Positions 27,775 through 38,307 of a stretch of 64,000 bases of DNA are shown here, in pieces. The stretch is from an uncultured Chlamydiales bacterium (GTDB taxonomy: Bacteria > Chlamydiota > Chlamydiia > Chlamydiales > Rhabdochlamydiaceae), in NCBI GenBank assembly GCA_963700985.1, contig OY969554.1, forward strand, positions 1,376,001 through 1,440,000. The letters are read 5' to 3'. The notes under the pieces are model-generated. The model was not told the origin of the DNA, ran no database searches, and was given only the letters and a program-made list of their open reading frames with translations. Each line of letters opens with the position of its first letter. Positions within the stretch are counted from its first letter, which is position 1. A program made the position numbers and the translations under genes.

Positions 27775-29196
27775 ATGCGCACACTCTTATTTCTGATTTT
27801 TACGCTCTTCAGTTTAAAATTATGTAGCCAAGAGGGCAGCTATAAATTCGAAGGCCACTTCAGAGAGCCTGATGGTGAAAAGCGGCTCTTTCTAACTACG
27901 TTTTTTCTGCCTTACAATCCCACGATTATCACCTTCAGTAGTGATCCGGCGATTACAACCAAATGTGCCTATTGGTGGCCTAAAGGGAAACTTTCAGATG
28001 CACAAGATATTGATTCAGAATGCGATTTTTTGTGGATTGATAGTGACGGTCATGAACTTGCGATTCTTCAAAATAGAGAGGATCTTGTACAGAAGGCCAA
28101 AGTTATCTATACAACCACGCACTTCTTCAAGCAAGGAACCTACTACCAAAAATTAAAATTTCTTTTAGAGCTTAACGGTTTTACGCTTCTTTCTCATTGG
28201 TACTGGGAAGGTCAGCAAGGCAATGCTATTTTTGTTAAAAAAAACAGGTTTGAAGCTGCCATGCGAAGCTTAAATTACGTACCTCATGGCGTTGCGGCTC
28301 CTTCCAACCCTTCTTTAGCTTGGAATATGCAGCGCTTTTTTCAGCCCGCAACAGGAAAATCTAGTCATCACAACTTTGATCAGATCGACTTCATTTACAT
28401 GATCAACCTAGATGAAAGACCTGAGAAATTTGCTTTAGCGGCAGGAGGGCTGGCGCCTTTTGGGATTTACCCTTATCGTTTTTCCGCCGTGAATGGATGG
28501 AAATTATCTCCCACGACTCTCAATCAAGTTGGGGTGCAATTCCATTCTGAAACTCCCAGAGAAAATTTTCTGGCCACTGTTTACAGAGAAATCGATGGTC
28601 GTGATTATGTTAGTAACGAGCTCATCCAAGAAAATAACACAAACTATTTCTCCTTGGGCATGTCTCGTGGTGCAATTGGAATTGTCTTAAGTCACTTATC
28701 GGTTTTACAAGACGCCTATGATTCGGGTTACAACACCATTTGGGTGATGGAAGATGATGTCGAAGCCGTTGCGGATCCAAGACAAATACCAGAGTTAATT
28801 CGAAAATTGGATCGGTTAGAAGAATGGGATATCTTATTTACAGACACCGATACAAAAGATAGGAACGGTCACCACGTGCCTTGCCGAGCGCTTGCCGCTC
28901 GTCCTAATATTAACATAGGGCCGCTTTCATCTTTCTTCCAACGCTTCCATTCTGTTAGTAGTGACTTTAATAGAATCGGCATGCGTTATGGGGCATACTC
29001 CATGATCATTCGTCGCTCTGGGATAGAAAAAATCTTAAGGCATTTTAAAACTCATCGCATTTACCTACCTTATGACATGGATTTTTGGCTAGAGCCAGAG
29101 CTTAAAATGTTCTGCGTCAAAAGAGACATCGTTTCACACAGAGCAGGTGCATTGTCTGACAATAATGCTCCGAGCTACATAAAGAAAATGGAGTAA
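27775..29196 (+). CDS. Fusion of a degenerate FkbM-like domain and a GT25 glycosyltransferase
   Basis: N-half resembles 36524-37291; C-half has IYMINLDERPE, RFSAVNG, LSHL, VMEDD; start placed at MRTLLF. Confidence 0.8.
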   Translation: MRTLLFLIFTLFSLKLCSQEGSYKFEGHFREPDGEKRLFLTTFFLPYNPTIITFSSDPAITTKCAYWWPKGKLSDAQDIDSECDFLWIDSDGHELAILQNREDLVQKAKVIYTTTHFFKQGTYYQKLKFLLELNGFTLLSHWYWEGQQGNAIFVKKNRFEAAMRSLNYVPHGVAAPSNPSLAWNMQRFFQPATGKSSHHNFDQIDFIYMINLDERPEKFALAAGGLAPFGIYPYRFSAVNGWKLSPTTLNQVGVQFHSETPRENFLATVYREIDGRDYVSNELIQENNTNYFSLGMSRGAIGIVLSHLSVLQDAYDSGYNTIWVMEDDVEAVADPRQIPELIRKLDRLEEWDILFTDTDTKDRNGHHVPCRALAARPNINIGPLSSFFQRFHSVSSDFNRIGMRYGAYSMIIRRSGIEKILRHFKTHRIYLPYDMDFWLEPELKMFCVKRDIVSHRAGALSDNNAPSYIKKME

Positions 29197-29202
29197 TCTT
29201 GA

Positions 29203-30204
29203 TTGTCTTTGATAGGAAACTCTCTTAAAAAAACCGTTTTTTCTCTCTTAACCCTCTTGTTTAACTTTGCATATGGATTTCATGATGCTGAGCTTTATAA
29301 AGTCTGGGCTTCGATAGTAGATATCAATAATCCCACCCTTGAAGAGTATAAATTAATCGAAAGCTACTTAAATTGCGGCAAAAGACCTTACCTAGATGAT
29401 TTGCGAAAATCCGCTTTAATGATGGACGATTTAAAGATGGGTTGCTTTGCAAGACTGAATCTTATGCTCAACTTCAAACTCGTTGGCTACAACGATGAAA
29501 TGCCGCTTTTCGAAAAATTCAGTTTCAATATCAATGAAAATTCAAAAAACCGATGCATCGTTCTATTCTGTTCATATAACGGAATTTATCCAAATAAAGC
29601 ACGGAAAGTCCTCTCTGAGTTAAAACAAAGAGGCTATAGCGGCCATGTTCTCTTACGCATTGGAGGATTTCCCAATCTCGAGAATGAAGGGATTAAACTC
29701 TGCCACGTACCTTATGCCTTCAAAGTCTCTTTTCTTCGCGAAGCCCAACTACTTGGCTATAAGGAAGTTCTTTGGATAGACTCTGCCCTGCATCCTCTGA
29801 CGAATTTAGAGGAAATTTTCTCTGAAATCAAAGAGCGTGGATATTTTTTTACTTCGGTAGGAACTCTCTCTGCTAATCATCGATATCACCTTCCGAATGC
29901 AGCGACATCGCTGCATATTGATGCGACATTATACGATCAAATTTCCCATATATCTTCTAGTATCATCGGGTTAAATTTAGAAAATCAACGAGTAGCGCAG
30001 CTCTTAAAAAACTGGCATCGAGAAACTGAAAGTATCTATCCAAATATCACCTGGTTCCCTGAAGAATTAAGCCTATCTGTGGTTGCTTGGCAGCTGCAAT
30101 GCAGGCCTTCTAATACATTTGGAAATATCGTCTGCGCTGAGCATGAATTGTCTCACATTCAGCATCGACCTAAGCTGCAATTTTTTTTAGATGCACTTAG
30201 GTAA
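29203..30204 (+). CDS. Putative GT-A-fold sugar transferase
   Basis: PYAFKVSFLREAQLLGYKEVLWIDS motif and island context; family uncertain. Confidence 0.5.
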   Translation: MSLIGNSLKKTVFSLLTLLFNFAYGFHDAELYKVWASIVDINNPTLEEYKLIESYLNCGKRPYLDDLRKSALMMDDLKMGCFARLNLMLNFKLVGYNDEMPLFEKFSFNINENSKNRCIVLFCSYNGIYPNKARKVLSELKQRGYSGHVLLRIGGFPNLENEGIKLCHVPYAFKVSFLREAQLLGYKEVLWIDSALHPLTNLEEIFSEIKERGYFFTSVGTLSANHRYHLPNAATSLHIDATLYDQISHISSSIIGLNLENQRVAQLLKNWHRETESIYPNITWFPEELSLSVVAWQLQCRPSNTFGNIVCAEHELSHIQHRPKLQFFLDALR

Positions 30205-30228
30205 AATTTATCACTGAGGAAATCCTAA

Positions 30229-30978
30229 ATGCTTTTTCTAATTTTCGTTTTTTCTACGCTATTGAATATCGCTTATTGCGACATGGAAAATCATGGCGGA
30301 GACATAGATATTCGCGAATTAAATGGAGAAGCTCTTTTTGTGAGCCTAGGTTCTTATTGTGCTCCAGCCAGCCTCGTCAGATCTTGTGGTTACAGAAAAG
30401 CGGCATTTCCTTTTGATTGGAATATCACAATGGACGGAGAAAAATTAATCGAAATGTTAGAAAATGATTTTGCGTATTTTTTCGATGATGAATATTTGAT
30501 GCCCTTTGCTAGAGGAAGTGCTCTTTTACATACATATTATCATATCGAATTTGTACATGAAGGAGTTTGGGATGTAGACCAGTATGCTCCAAATATGGAA
30601 ATTTTAAGATCAAAATATCTAAGAAGGATTGAGCGGTTTCGCCAATTAAAAAACTACCCTGGAAAGGTATTTTTCTTGAGATCTGCGTATATTTATTCCG
30701 TAGAAGATAGTCATCGTGCGTACAAATTTAAGGAAAACATTGAAATCTCCGATAAGCAATCCCTAAAACTTTATGACTCTCTCAAAAGGTTCTTTCCAAA
30801 TTTGGACTTTAGCTTACTAGTTATAAACAATCACGAACTAGATAGTGTAGTAGAGGAGAAAAGATTGTCTGACAACTTAATTAAATTTAGAGCTCCCGCT
30901 TTAAACGAATCTCTCATGATCACATCTTACAAGGAATTCTTTCCAAAATTATTGAATCTATCCGCACCTAAAGAGTAA
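30229..30978 (+). CDS. DUF1796 (putative papain-like) family protein
   Basis: FVSLGSYC, AFPFDW, KYLRRIERF, FFLR. Confidence 0.75.
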   Translation: MLFLIFVFSTLLNIAYCDMENHGGDIDIRELNGEALFVSLGSYCAPASLVRSCGYRKAAFPFDWNITMDGEKLIEMLENDFAYFFDDEYLMPFARGSALLHTYYHIEFVHEGVWDVDQYAPNMEILRSKYLRRIERFRQLKNYPGKVFFLRSAYIYSVEDSHRAYKFKENIEISDKQSLKLYDSLKRFFPNLDFSLLVINNHELDSVVEEKRLSDNLIKFRAPALNESLMITSYKEFFPKLLNLSAPKE

Positions 30979-30983
30979 TTTTT

Positions 30984-32072
30984 TTAGTTTTTTACTGCTT
31001 TTAGCGAGCGCATAAGCGCATCTTTATCAATGGTGGCGATCCATACCTCAGAGTCATCCTTTCCATAAGCTACATATATGTGGGAACCAGAAATAGCAAA
31101 ACCACCTGGAAAGACCACTCTTTTTTCATTTGAAGACTCCGTATAAAAGCCATCTGCTGCAATTGGTTGCTGGGACATTTTTGTGATCTGAAAAGGTGGC
31201 TGGGCCGCAAAAGTATAGGCTCCCATGAAATAGTGCCATAACTCCCATCCCATGGTGACTGATGAATTGGCTTTGACTCCCGAATGAAAAAAAGCTAGGT
31301 ATTCGCCATCAACAAGAAGGGGTGGTGTCGACCCTCTCAGTTTTCCCCATTTCCACTTGATATCCATCCAGGTTTCATAGCAATGATAGCAGGACCCACT
31401 CATCAGGTTTGGATAGATAATTTCATGTGGGTTGATCGAATAAATCAGAAGAAGAGTGTTATTCCATTCGAAAGGAACCCAATTTTTTTGCCACATCTGC
31501 GTGTGGTATTTTTCGTTGTAGACTAACTTGAGCGGTGAAGAGAGCTTGAAATCATTATCTCCAAAAGAGAGCTCGGCTATGAAAATATCGCGTCTTTCCC
31601 AAGTTTGTGGATTTGTGATTTCAACATTATCATTGTAGATAAGAAAAAGCCGCCCCTTATAAGAAAAGACCCGCGCATCTTCTGCCTGCGAGGGGGTCCT
31701 GCTTTGTTTCGAGCGAGCACTCAATAATTTAGGTTCCGAAACCTGTTCGAGCATCTCGTTTAAGAGAACCACTCCAATATAAGAAAGGCCTGAGTTATAT
31801 ACGTCAGGGCAATATCTAAAGGTGAGCAGAAAGCCTTCGGGAATTTTGATAATAGATGGATTAAAGGCACCTGGAAATTTATCCAATTTAATCTCAGTTG
31901 TAGCAATGACAATTTCTTGAGCTGTCAGCAAATCCTCTATAATATCTCCTGCGAATAGGCGCTGTGAAACAATACAGCTTAGCGGAAATGTGAAAACCAA
32001 GCCTTTTAGTGCTTTGAGCAGACTTTTCACCATTAGGTAATGACAATAAGAAAAAAAAAGTTTCATGAACAA
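30984..32072 (-). CDS. Five-bladed beta-propeller carbohydrate-active enzyme (GH130/GT91/GT108-like)
   Basis: AFNPSI, AEDARVF, QKNWVPF, LRGSTP, VVFPGG, YVAYGKDD. Confidence 0.7.
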   Translation of the reverse strand: MFMKLFFSYCHYLMVKSLLKALKGLVFTFPLSCIVSQRLFAGDIIEDLLTAQEIVIATTEIKLDKFPGAFNPSIIKIPEGFLLTFRYCPDVYNSGLSYIGVVLLNEMLEQVSEPKLLSARSKQSRTPSQAEDARVFSYKGRLFLIYNDNVEITNPQTWERRDIFIAELSFGDNDFKLSSPLKLVYNEKYHTQMWQKNWVPFEWNNTLLLIYSINPHEIIYPNLMSGSCYHCYETWMDIKWKWGKLRGSTPPLLVDGEYLAFFHSGVKANSSVTMGWELWHYFMGAYTFAAQPPFQITKMSQQPIAADGFYTESSNEKRVVFPGGFAISGSHIYVAYGKDDSEVWIATIDKDALMRSLKAVKN

Positions 32073-32076
32073 TCTA

Positions 32077-34245
32077 CTATTGGAAATTTGGCAAATCTGG
32101 CAAGGAAATCAATGTTGAGCGAACAGTCTCGAGATCTACAACGCAAAGATAGGCTTCTCTATCCTCTATCCCGATGGGTATGATGAGCTGAGTTCCTGAA
32201 TGGTCTAAAATCATACTACAACAAAATTCAATCCCAATATGCATAAAAGTAAAAGGCTTTGAAGTTTTTTTAACACGGAAATTTTCATCGAGATATAAGA
32301 AGCGGTGCAAGTAGCGACGTTCGTAATCAGGCATCTGGACGACTTCATGTACGAGCATCAGATATCCCTCATCGAACTTGATCGGTGCAGCAGAGCCTCG
32401 AAAGCGTGAGAAATCATGTGATGGCTGATATTTTAGGATGGTTTCACAATCGCCTGTTTCGATATTCGGCTTGTAAATGATGAAAGGATCATAGGAATAG
32501 ATAGCATGAAGAAGTCCCTCTTTAAGAAAAGGCAGCCAATTTTTTTCACAGCGATAAGGATCAGGTCCTTTTAACGGCACTAATTTTTCTACATGAACAA
32601 TCTCGCCCGATTTCTCATTAGCCAACTTGCAGAGTGAAACCTGAAAATTCTCACAGCTATTAGTGTCATTGGTTGTACAAAAGAACCATGAGCTGTTTTG
32701 ATACTCGAATATGCGACAGTCATCTAGACCTTGAATATTTGCTGAGATCCAGCAGTTCACTCGTTCTCGCAGCAAATCTTCGATGATCTCATGTTGCGAA
32801 AGAAGTTTAAAATCTTTGTCATAAGAAGCCAGAAAATTTCGCGTGCGAAAAATCCCGCTCGGTTCGACGGTATTGAATATCTTCGCTCCCGTTTGCGTAT
32901 AGTTAACGGTTCTACAAATCAGTTTATATCCCTTATCGGTTTTGTGAATGGATGGATTCATTGGGTTATAGCATTTATCCGATCCTTTGGTAATGAGAGG
33001 GAATTCTAGAGTGATTGGCACGAAACGAGCATTTTTTAAGTTCTGCACATAGAACAGAATGTTTTGATAAGCCCGGTCTTTAATATACCAAGGCACATTT
33101 TTTCGGAGGATTAAGTCATTTGTAGAGGCAAAGCCATCATCTTTAAATCGCGTGTAATAAGAAGCTATTGAGAGCTCTTCATCAAAATGATAGCTCTCAT
33201 AAGGATTTAAAATAGACATAAGTTGGTCTACAGGATGAGGTATACGCGACCCATGTTTGGCAAAGATGTAGGCTAGATCGTTCTCACCCCGCAGACGATA
33301 GTGTGTGGCAATCTTTTGAAGAGGGGCAGGACGATCAGAGAAAACTTGATAAGCTTCAAGATACCAATATAGAGCATGGTCCCACTCCCCTTTTCCTTCA
33401 TAGCAGTCACCGATCATGCATTTTGAGAACCAGATCTCTTCTTTATCGCCACCTTTTTCTATGCGTGCCTTATACCATTTGAGCGCTTCATCATACTGCT
33501 TCAGACCTCTATGCGCTTGGGCCAAATAAAATAGATGATGCCGGCTATCAGGTTCATTTTGGATAACCTCAGTGAGTAGATTGATATCGCGTCTCAGCTT
33601 TGCTGTATTGCGGTTTGCATCAGCATGATCTTCTATCATTAGCGTATGCAACTTGGCGCTTTGATGAGCCTGCCTATAAGACCAGCCTTGAGTAATTATA
33701 CTACTCTCTCCTCTATTACTCTCCCAAGGTATAGAAGCTCGCAGGAGTCGGGCATTATAACTGTAATAAGAAAGGGCTGAAGATCTCTCTAACAGCAAAT
33801 AAGCGTCCTTATTTAAAGCTTCCTTGCGAAACGAGGACTCCACGTTTAGCTTCATATCTGCGTCTAAAGTTAGGAGATATGTGGTCGACAAGGAGAAACC
33901 CAGCTCCTCAAGAGTTTTTTGCGCGGCTCGTATTGCAGGTGTTCTATTCTGATCCACGCTTGGCTCGCCTTGCTGATGGATTTTCCCTTTCAGGCCTCTT
34001 TCTAGCATGAATTCTTCGATGATCTTAATAGTATTATCTGTGCAGCCCATATCCCATACGGAGATGCAATCTACGACATCCTTGACACTATTTAGACACT
34101 CCTTAATGAACTTGTCTTCATTTTCGACCACCATAGTCAGACATATCTTTACTTCACTTTGATTCCCTTGCAGTAAATGAGGGCAGAAGAGTATCCAAAC
34201 CAAGAATCCAGTCCGCACGAAAATTTTTGCTGCCATTTTCATCAT
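32077..34245 (-). CDS. GT2 + TPR + beta-propeller multidomain protein
   Basis: ICLTMVVENE, LDADM, TPRs, then MNPSI, GLDDCR, EKNWLPF, RGSAAP, IEFC. Confidence 0.8.
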   Translation of the reverse strand: MMKMAAKIFVRTGFLVWILFCPHLLQGNQSEVKICLTMVVENEDKFIKECLNSVKDVVDCISVWDMGCTDNTIKIIEEFMLERGLKGKIHQQGEPSVDQNRTPAIRAAQKTLEELGFSLSTTYLLTLDADMKLNVESSFRKEALNKDAYLLLERSSALSYYSYNARLLRASIPWESNRGESSIITQGWSYRQAHQSAKLHTLMIEDHADANRNTAKLRRDINLLTEVIQNEPDSRHHLFYLAQAHRGLKQYDEALKWYKARIEKGGDKEEIWFSKCMIGDCYEGKGEWDHALYWYLEAYQVFSDRPAPLQKIATHYRLRGENDLAYIFAKHGSRIPHPVDQLMSILNPYESYHFDEELSIASYYTRFKDDGFASTNDLILRKNVPWYIKDRAYQNILFYVQNLKNARFVPITLEFPLITKGSDKCYNPMNPSIHKTDKGYKLICRTVNYTQTGAKIFNTVEPSGIFRTRNFLASYDKDFKLLSQHEIIEDLLRERVNCWISANIQGLDDCRIFEYQNSSWFFCTTNDTNSCENFQVSLCKLANEKSGEIVHVEKLVPLKGPDPYRCEKNWLPFLKEGLLHAIYSYDPFIIYKPNIETGDCETILKYQPSHDFSRFRGSAAPIKFDEGYLMLVHEVVQMPDYERRYLHRFLYLDENFRVKKTSKPFTFMHIGIEFCCSMILDHSGTQLIIPIGIEDREAYLCVVDLETVRSTLISLPDLPNFQ

Positions 34246-35741
34246 GATTTGTAAGTGAACCAGATGTTACCGACTGTTTCTATTTTTAGGTTATTTTCTG
34301 CAGAAAGCTTGTTCAATATTTTGCGCACATATTGATCGTTTGCCATGTTTCCACTTAATAATGAGTTGGACTTCAACCGATAATGAAGTTTTTCCAAATC
34401 ACTTTTTAAGTTATGTCGAATGCTCGCGTACTCCAATGAGGTTCTAAAATAGGTTAAATCTAAAAAGACAGACCTGACATATGGAGAATCGAGCGTACTT
34501 TCGACTGAAGCATCTGATTGCAAAAGCGTGATCTTTTTTTTATCCGCGCCGTACATAGCAAATAATGAATCGAGATCAAGCCAAGGATCATAAAGACAAA
34601 TATGCGCGCGCGTGGAAGTGAGAGTCTTTGCAAATTGTATTGGGCGAAGACAAGTTAGAAAACCTTTATAGACTAAAAAGGGGGTTTCATCTCCGAGCCT
34701 TTTATCCAAAACGGATTTCAAGTCTGTCAAATCTTGATCACTGAAATTAGTTGCTTCCAATTGAGAAAAGGAAAGCTGATTGGTTCGAACTTTGCTCTGA
34801 ACATCTTTGATCTGTGCATACCAGTAATCGAAATAGATCTTTTCAGACTTTAGATGTTTCAGTTCTTGATGTTTTTTTTTCAAAAAAGGCTGATCGATCT
34901 CATCCCAATCATGCACCATTACAACGGGTAATCCTTCAAACATCGGATCAAGAAAAGTATGCTCCACGATTGGAATGCAATCCAGCGCTAAAGCCTCCCA
35001 AGTGCGCACACAGTCTGTTTCCCACCCAAGAGGAGAAAGTACAAACTGAGAGCTGAGTAGATCCTCATAAAAAATGGGCAAGGAAATATATTCCCAAGGT
35101 TGATTGCTATGGTTTCGACTAAAGCAGTAAGATTCATTTTCAAACATGCCTACAATCTTGTCTCTGTCGCCATAAGCACGAGGAAAATGGCACATATACA
35201 AGAGCTGTTTTTTGGCCTGTGGTTTTTTGGCAACAGCATCCTTCAGAATATTTACAACCTTTGGATCTGGCGTGAAAAGACCGAGATCTTGACCCATAGG
35301 CAGCTGAAATAATTTAGGATGGTAACTAAAGATAATATTGCGGCAAAACCACGCCGCCAGTTTGGGGTCATAAAGAAGTTTTTTAAGCTGTGGATCGGGC
35401 AGCCAAGCGCCAACATCGCATGAAATCAGAATATATGGATGTTTGATCTGATCGTGGACATGTTTTGCGAACCATTCTAAATACCAGATATTTAGATAAA
35501 TGGTATCCCCTTGCTCTACAATCCCTGGATCAAAATACTCAGTATTTTGATCGATCACATGATCACAGATACTTCGAAAAGTTAAACTGCTAATGAAGGG
35601 ATAGTGCCCTGGATGCGCTTGCAAATCAGGGCATTTTTCGTAAAAATGATCAGGAACGCTCAGAGGAGCAGCAGTCAGTGAAGAAACGAGTAAACTCACA
35701 AAGCTAGCTAGAAAAAGCAAACTACTATTTGCCTTGAGCAT
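34242..35741 (-). CDS. Exostosin (GT47)-like glycosyltransferase, signal peptide
   Basis: SQFVLSPLGWETDCVRTWEALALDCIPIV. Confidence 0.7.
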   Translation of the reverse strand: MLKANSSLLFLASFVSLLVSSLTAAPLSVPDHFYEKCPDLQAHPGHYPFISSLTFRSICDHVIDQNTEYFDPGIVEQGDTIYLNIWYLEWFAKHVHDQIKHPYILISCDVGAWLPDPQLKKLLYDPKLAAWFCRNIIFSYHPKLFQLPMGQDLGLFTPDPKVVNILKDAVAKKPQAKKQLLYMCHFPRAYGDRDKIVGMFENESYCFSRNHSNQPWEYISLPIFYEDLLSSQFVLSPLGWETDCVRTWEALALDCIPIVEHTFLDPMFEGLPVVMVHDWDEIDQPFLKKKHQELKHLKSEKIYFDYWYAQIKDVQSKVRTNQLSFSQLEATNFSDQDLTDLKSVLDKRLGDETPFLVYKGFLTCLRPIQFAKTLTSTRAHICLYDPWLDLDSLFAMYGADKKKITLLQSDASVESTLDSPYVRSVFLDLTYFRTSLEYASIRHNLKSDLEKLHYRLKSNSLLSGNMANDQYVRKILNKLSAENNLKIETVGNIWFTYKS

Positions 35742-36513
35742 ATTCTTGCAGCCGCGCCGTTAATTTCTTGTATTTCTCGTCTTTGATAACCCATGCGGTG
35801 GTTCCCATTCCAATAGGAATGAAAATCTCTTCATAATTTTGTGGCGTGACAATTTTAGAATATCCATACACGTCATCGAGATTTCCGGGAGTGCTACTAA
35901 AAGTGTTGTGAGCCAAAATCACTGGTACTTTACCAAATAGTAGCTGAACCAAATCCCCGCGGATGTAAATTCCGCCATGAACTAATGCGACATCGATTTT
36001 GTGACTTTTAGTTAGGCTGAGGATAAATGCATTGAGTTCAGACAAGTAAAAATCATCTATTTCAGCATAGCTCTGACTAACTGCACACTGAAAAGAGCTT
36101 GCTCTATGCATATGCTCAGAACCGAGGTATTTATAGGGCGCCCAACTCGTATCGCCTAGATAGCCGCTGAAAAAGACTATAGGAATCCAGTTTGAGTAAT
36201 TGCGATATAGAGCCAAACTGTTTTTCATGGATTCTGGGCCATATCCTCCTGTAACAAATTCCACCGAAATGACTTTGTTGCATGAATCTAGAAAGTATTT
36301 CGTGGAAAAACTATGCCCAAATTCTAGAAGCGTTTTAACTTTTAGGTTGCTGAAAATTTCTCTAAAATGCGGAACATGATCTCCCAAACCCGTTTCTTTT
36401 CCGAACTGCACTAGCCATTCATAATTGATATCTTCTGCTTTAGAAATAGCTTCGATCGCTACACCGGATCTTGCCGATAGCAAAATCAAAACTGAAAAAA
36501 TGAGTTTTTTCAT
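35725..36513 (-). CDS. Divergent methyltransferase-fold protein, signal peptide
   Basis: LLEFGHSFSTKYF..VISVE, IDVALVHG..RGD. Confidence 0.55.
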   Translation of the reverse strand: MKKLIFSVLILLSARSGVAIEAISKAEDINYEWLVQFGKETGLGDHVPHFREIFSNLKVKTLLEFGHSFSTKYFLDSCNKVISVEFVTGGYGPESMKNSLALYRNYSNWIPIVFFSGYLGDTSWAPYKYLGSEHMHRASSFQCAVSQSYAEIDDFYLSELNAFILSLTKSHKIDVALVHGGIYIRGDLVQLLFGKVPVILAHNTFSSTPGNLDDVYGYSKIVTPQNYEEIFIPIGMGTTAWVIKDEKYKKLTARLQEYAQGK

Positions 36514-36523
36514 AACTTTCCCG

Positions 36524-37291
36524 TTAATTTTTAAATCCTAAATAAAACAACTCCTTCTTTACAAAAATTGCATCTCCTTGAAATCCCTCAGCATACCAAT
36601 GCGCTAGCAATCTAAACCCTCTCTTCTCGAGAAATGTCTTTAGTTGTTTGTATTGCGTCATCCCTCTTCTAAATTCCTTAAAGTTAGTCTCGGTATAGAT
36701 GACTTTTACTTTATCGAGGATCTCTGGCGAGCTCTGTAAAACTTGGAACTCTAAGCCTTCGAGATCAAGCCACATGAAATCGATCTGATCGACGCCATTT
36801 TCTTCGCACCAATCATCTAAAATAACACAAGGAACCTCCACTTTCGGACCCTGGTAATGAATTTTCATCCAATCAGAAGGCTCTAGTAAAGAACTTGCGC
36901 CTTCAAAGACAGGGTTATCTCCTCCAGTGCCGTGACAAACATAGAGAGTGGCTGTTCCAATATAGTTATTCACTGCAAGATTGTAGCCGCGGATGTTTGT
37001 GACGCCTTTTGTTGTCTCTTGATGAATTGCAAATGCATGGGGATTGGGTTCAAATGAAATGATCGTAGCATCTGGCCATTGTATAGCAAGCCTTAGGGTA
37101 TCTGTTCCATAGTGTCCGCCTGCTTCAAAAATTACAGGGTTTTCTGGTAGAAATTTAGCAACCAGGTCCAGCCTTTTCCCCCCATATTGTTTAAGTTCTT
37201 CAAATATGCCTTCAAAACGAGCGGGATACTCAACTTGAGCGTTTACTGTTGAGATCAATACTGCCAAACAAAAAATCAGAGATTTAAACAT
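36524..37291 (-). CDS. FkbM-family methyltransferase, signal peptide
   Basis: IFEAGGHYG, ISFEPNP, GASSLL, LDDW, IDFMWLDLEGLE. Confidence 0.88.
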   Translation of the reverse strand: MFKSLIFCLAVLISTVNAQVEYPARFEGIFEELKQYGGKRLDLVAKFLPENPVIFEAGGHYGTDTLRLAIQWPDATIISFEPNPHAFAIHQETTKGVTNIRGYNLAVNNYIGTATLYVCHGTGGDNPVFEGASSLLEPSDWMKIHYQGPKVEVPCVILDDWCEENGVDQIDFMWLDLEGLEFQVLQSSPEILDKVKVIYTETNFKEFRRGMTQYKQLKTFLEKRGFRLLAHWYAEGFQGDAIFVKKELFYLGFKN

Positions 37292-37362
37292 TGTGTGCCT
37301 TTAATTTAGCATTGAACGGACTTCTCTTTGGAGGCCTTCCTCCCTTAAGAGTTCTTCGAGCT

Positions 37363-38298
37363 TCACTCTTTATTTAAGTAGGTAGGTCCACCATTATCTG
37401 AAACAGCCTTCGGCCAATTAGAAACAACATCATATGTGACAGTGTAGAGTTTAATGCCCGGAGGAAAAATATATTCCATGTCGTAAGGGAAAAAAAGTTG
37501 ATGAGCTTTCAAAAACTGAAGCAACTTTTTAATACCACTTCTACGTAAGATCATAGAGTGAGCACCCCAGCGGGCACCAATTTTCCAAAAATCTTCACCA
37601 ATTGGCGTTCTCGCAGCAAAGTTGTTCATGTGCGAGGCTTGCGTAAGATCTGGCCGCCTTGCAGCCCAATAGCAAGCCTTTGGATTGCCATTTGCATCGC
37701 GAATATCTCTATCCGTAAAAAGAATGTCCCAATTTTCCTTTCCAACCTGTTGGTCAAGCTTATCGATGAGATCGGAAAGAACCCTTGGGTCTCGCAATAC
37801 TTCAATATCATCTTCCATAACCCAAATGGTCTCATAGCCTGAATCATAGGCATCTTGCAGCACTGAAAGATGACTCAACGCGCAACCGATGGCCCCACGC
37901 GATAAACAATGGCAAAAATAGGTATGTCCAAACTTCTGAATAAGCTCATGACTTGGCTCTCCTTTCCCTTCTGGATAATAACAAGTGCCCATGAGCCCGC
38001 CATCCATCTCAGAGGAGAATTTCAAGCCCAACTCTTCAAAAGAGTCTAAACTTAGCTCCCATCCATTCACCGCTGAAAATCGGCAAGGATCAATTCCATA
38101 TGGAAATAATTGCATCAATGAGGTTCTGAACTTCTCGGGCCTCTGATCAAGATTGATCATGTAGATGAAATCGATATTGGGCATGGAATGATCGCCCGAT
38201 TTATCTTGAGGTCGTTTGAAAAAGTCTTCAATGTCAGCACATAAAAAAGCTGTTCCAGCACTTAGCAGAGATAAAAGAGCCCAGCGGAAGATGTGCAT
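37363..38298 (-). CDS. GT25 glycosyltransferase, signal peptide
   Basis: IYMINLDQRPEK, RFSAVNG, GAIGCALSH, VMEDD. Confidence 0.85.
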   Translation of the reverse strand: MHIFRWALLSLLSAGTAFLCADIEDFFKRPQDKSGDHSMPNIDFIYMINLDQRPEKFRTSLMQLFPYGIDPCRFSAVNGWELSLDSFEELGLKFSSEMDGGLMGTCYYPEGKGEPSHELIQKFGHTYFCHCLSRGAIGCALSHLSVLQDAYDSGYETIWVMEDDIEVLRDPRVLSDLIDKLDQQVGKENWDILFTDRDIRDANGNPKACYWAARRPDLTQASHMNNFAARTPIGEDFWKIGARWGAHSMILRRSGIKKLLQFLKAHQLFFPYDMEYIFPPGIKLYTVTYDVVSNWPKAVSDNGGPTYLNKE

Positions 38299-38307
38299 AT
38301 GGCTCTC

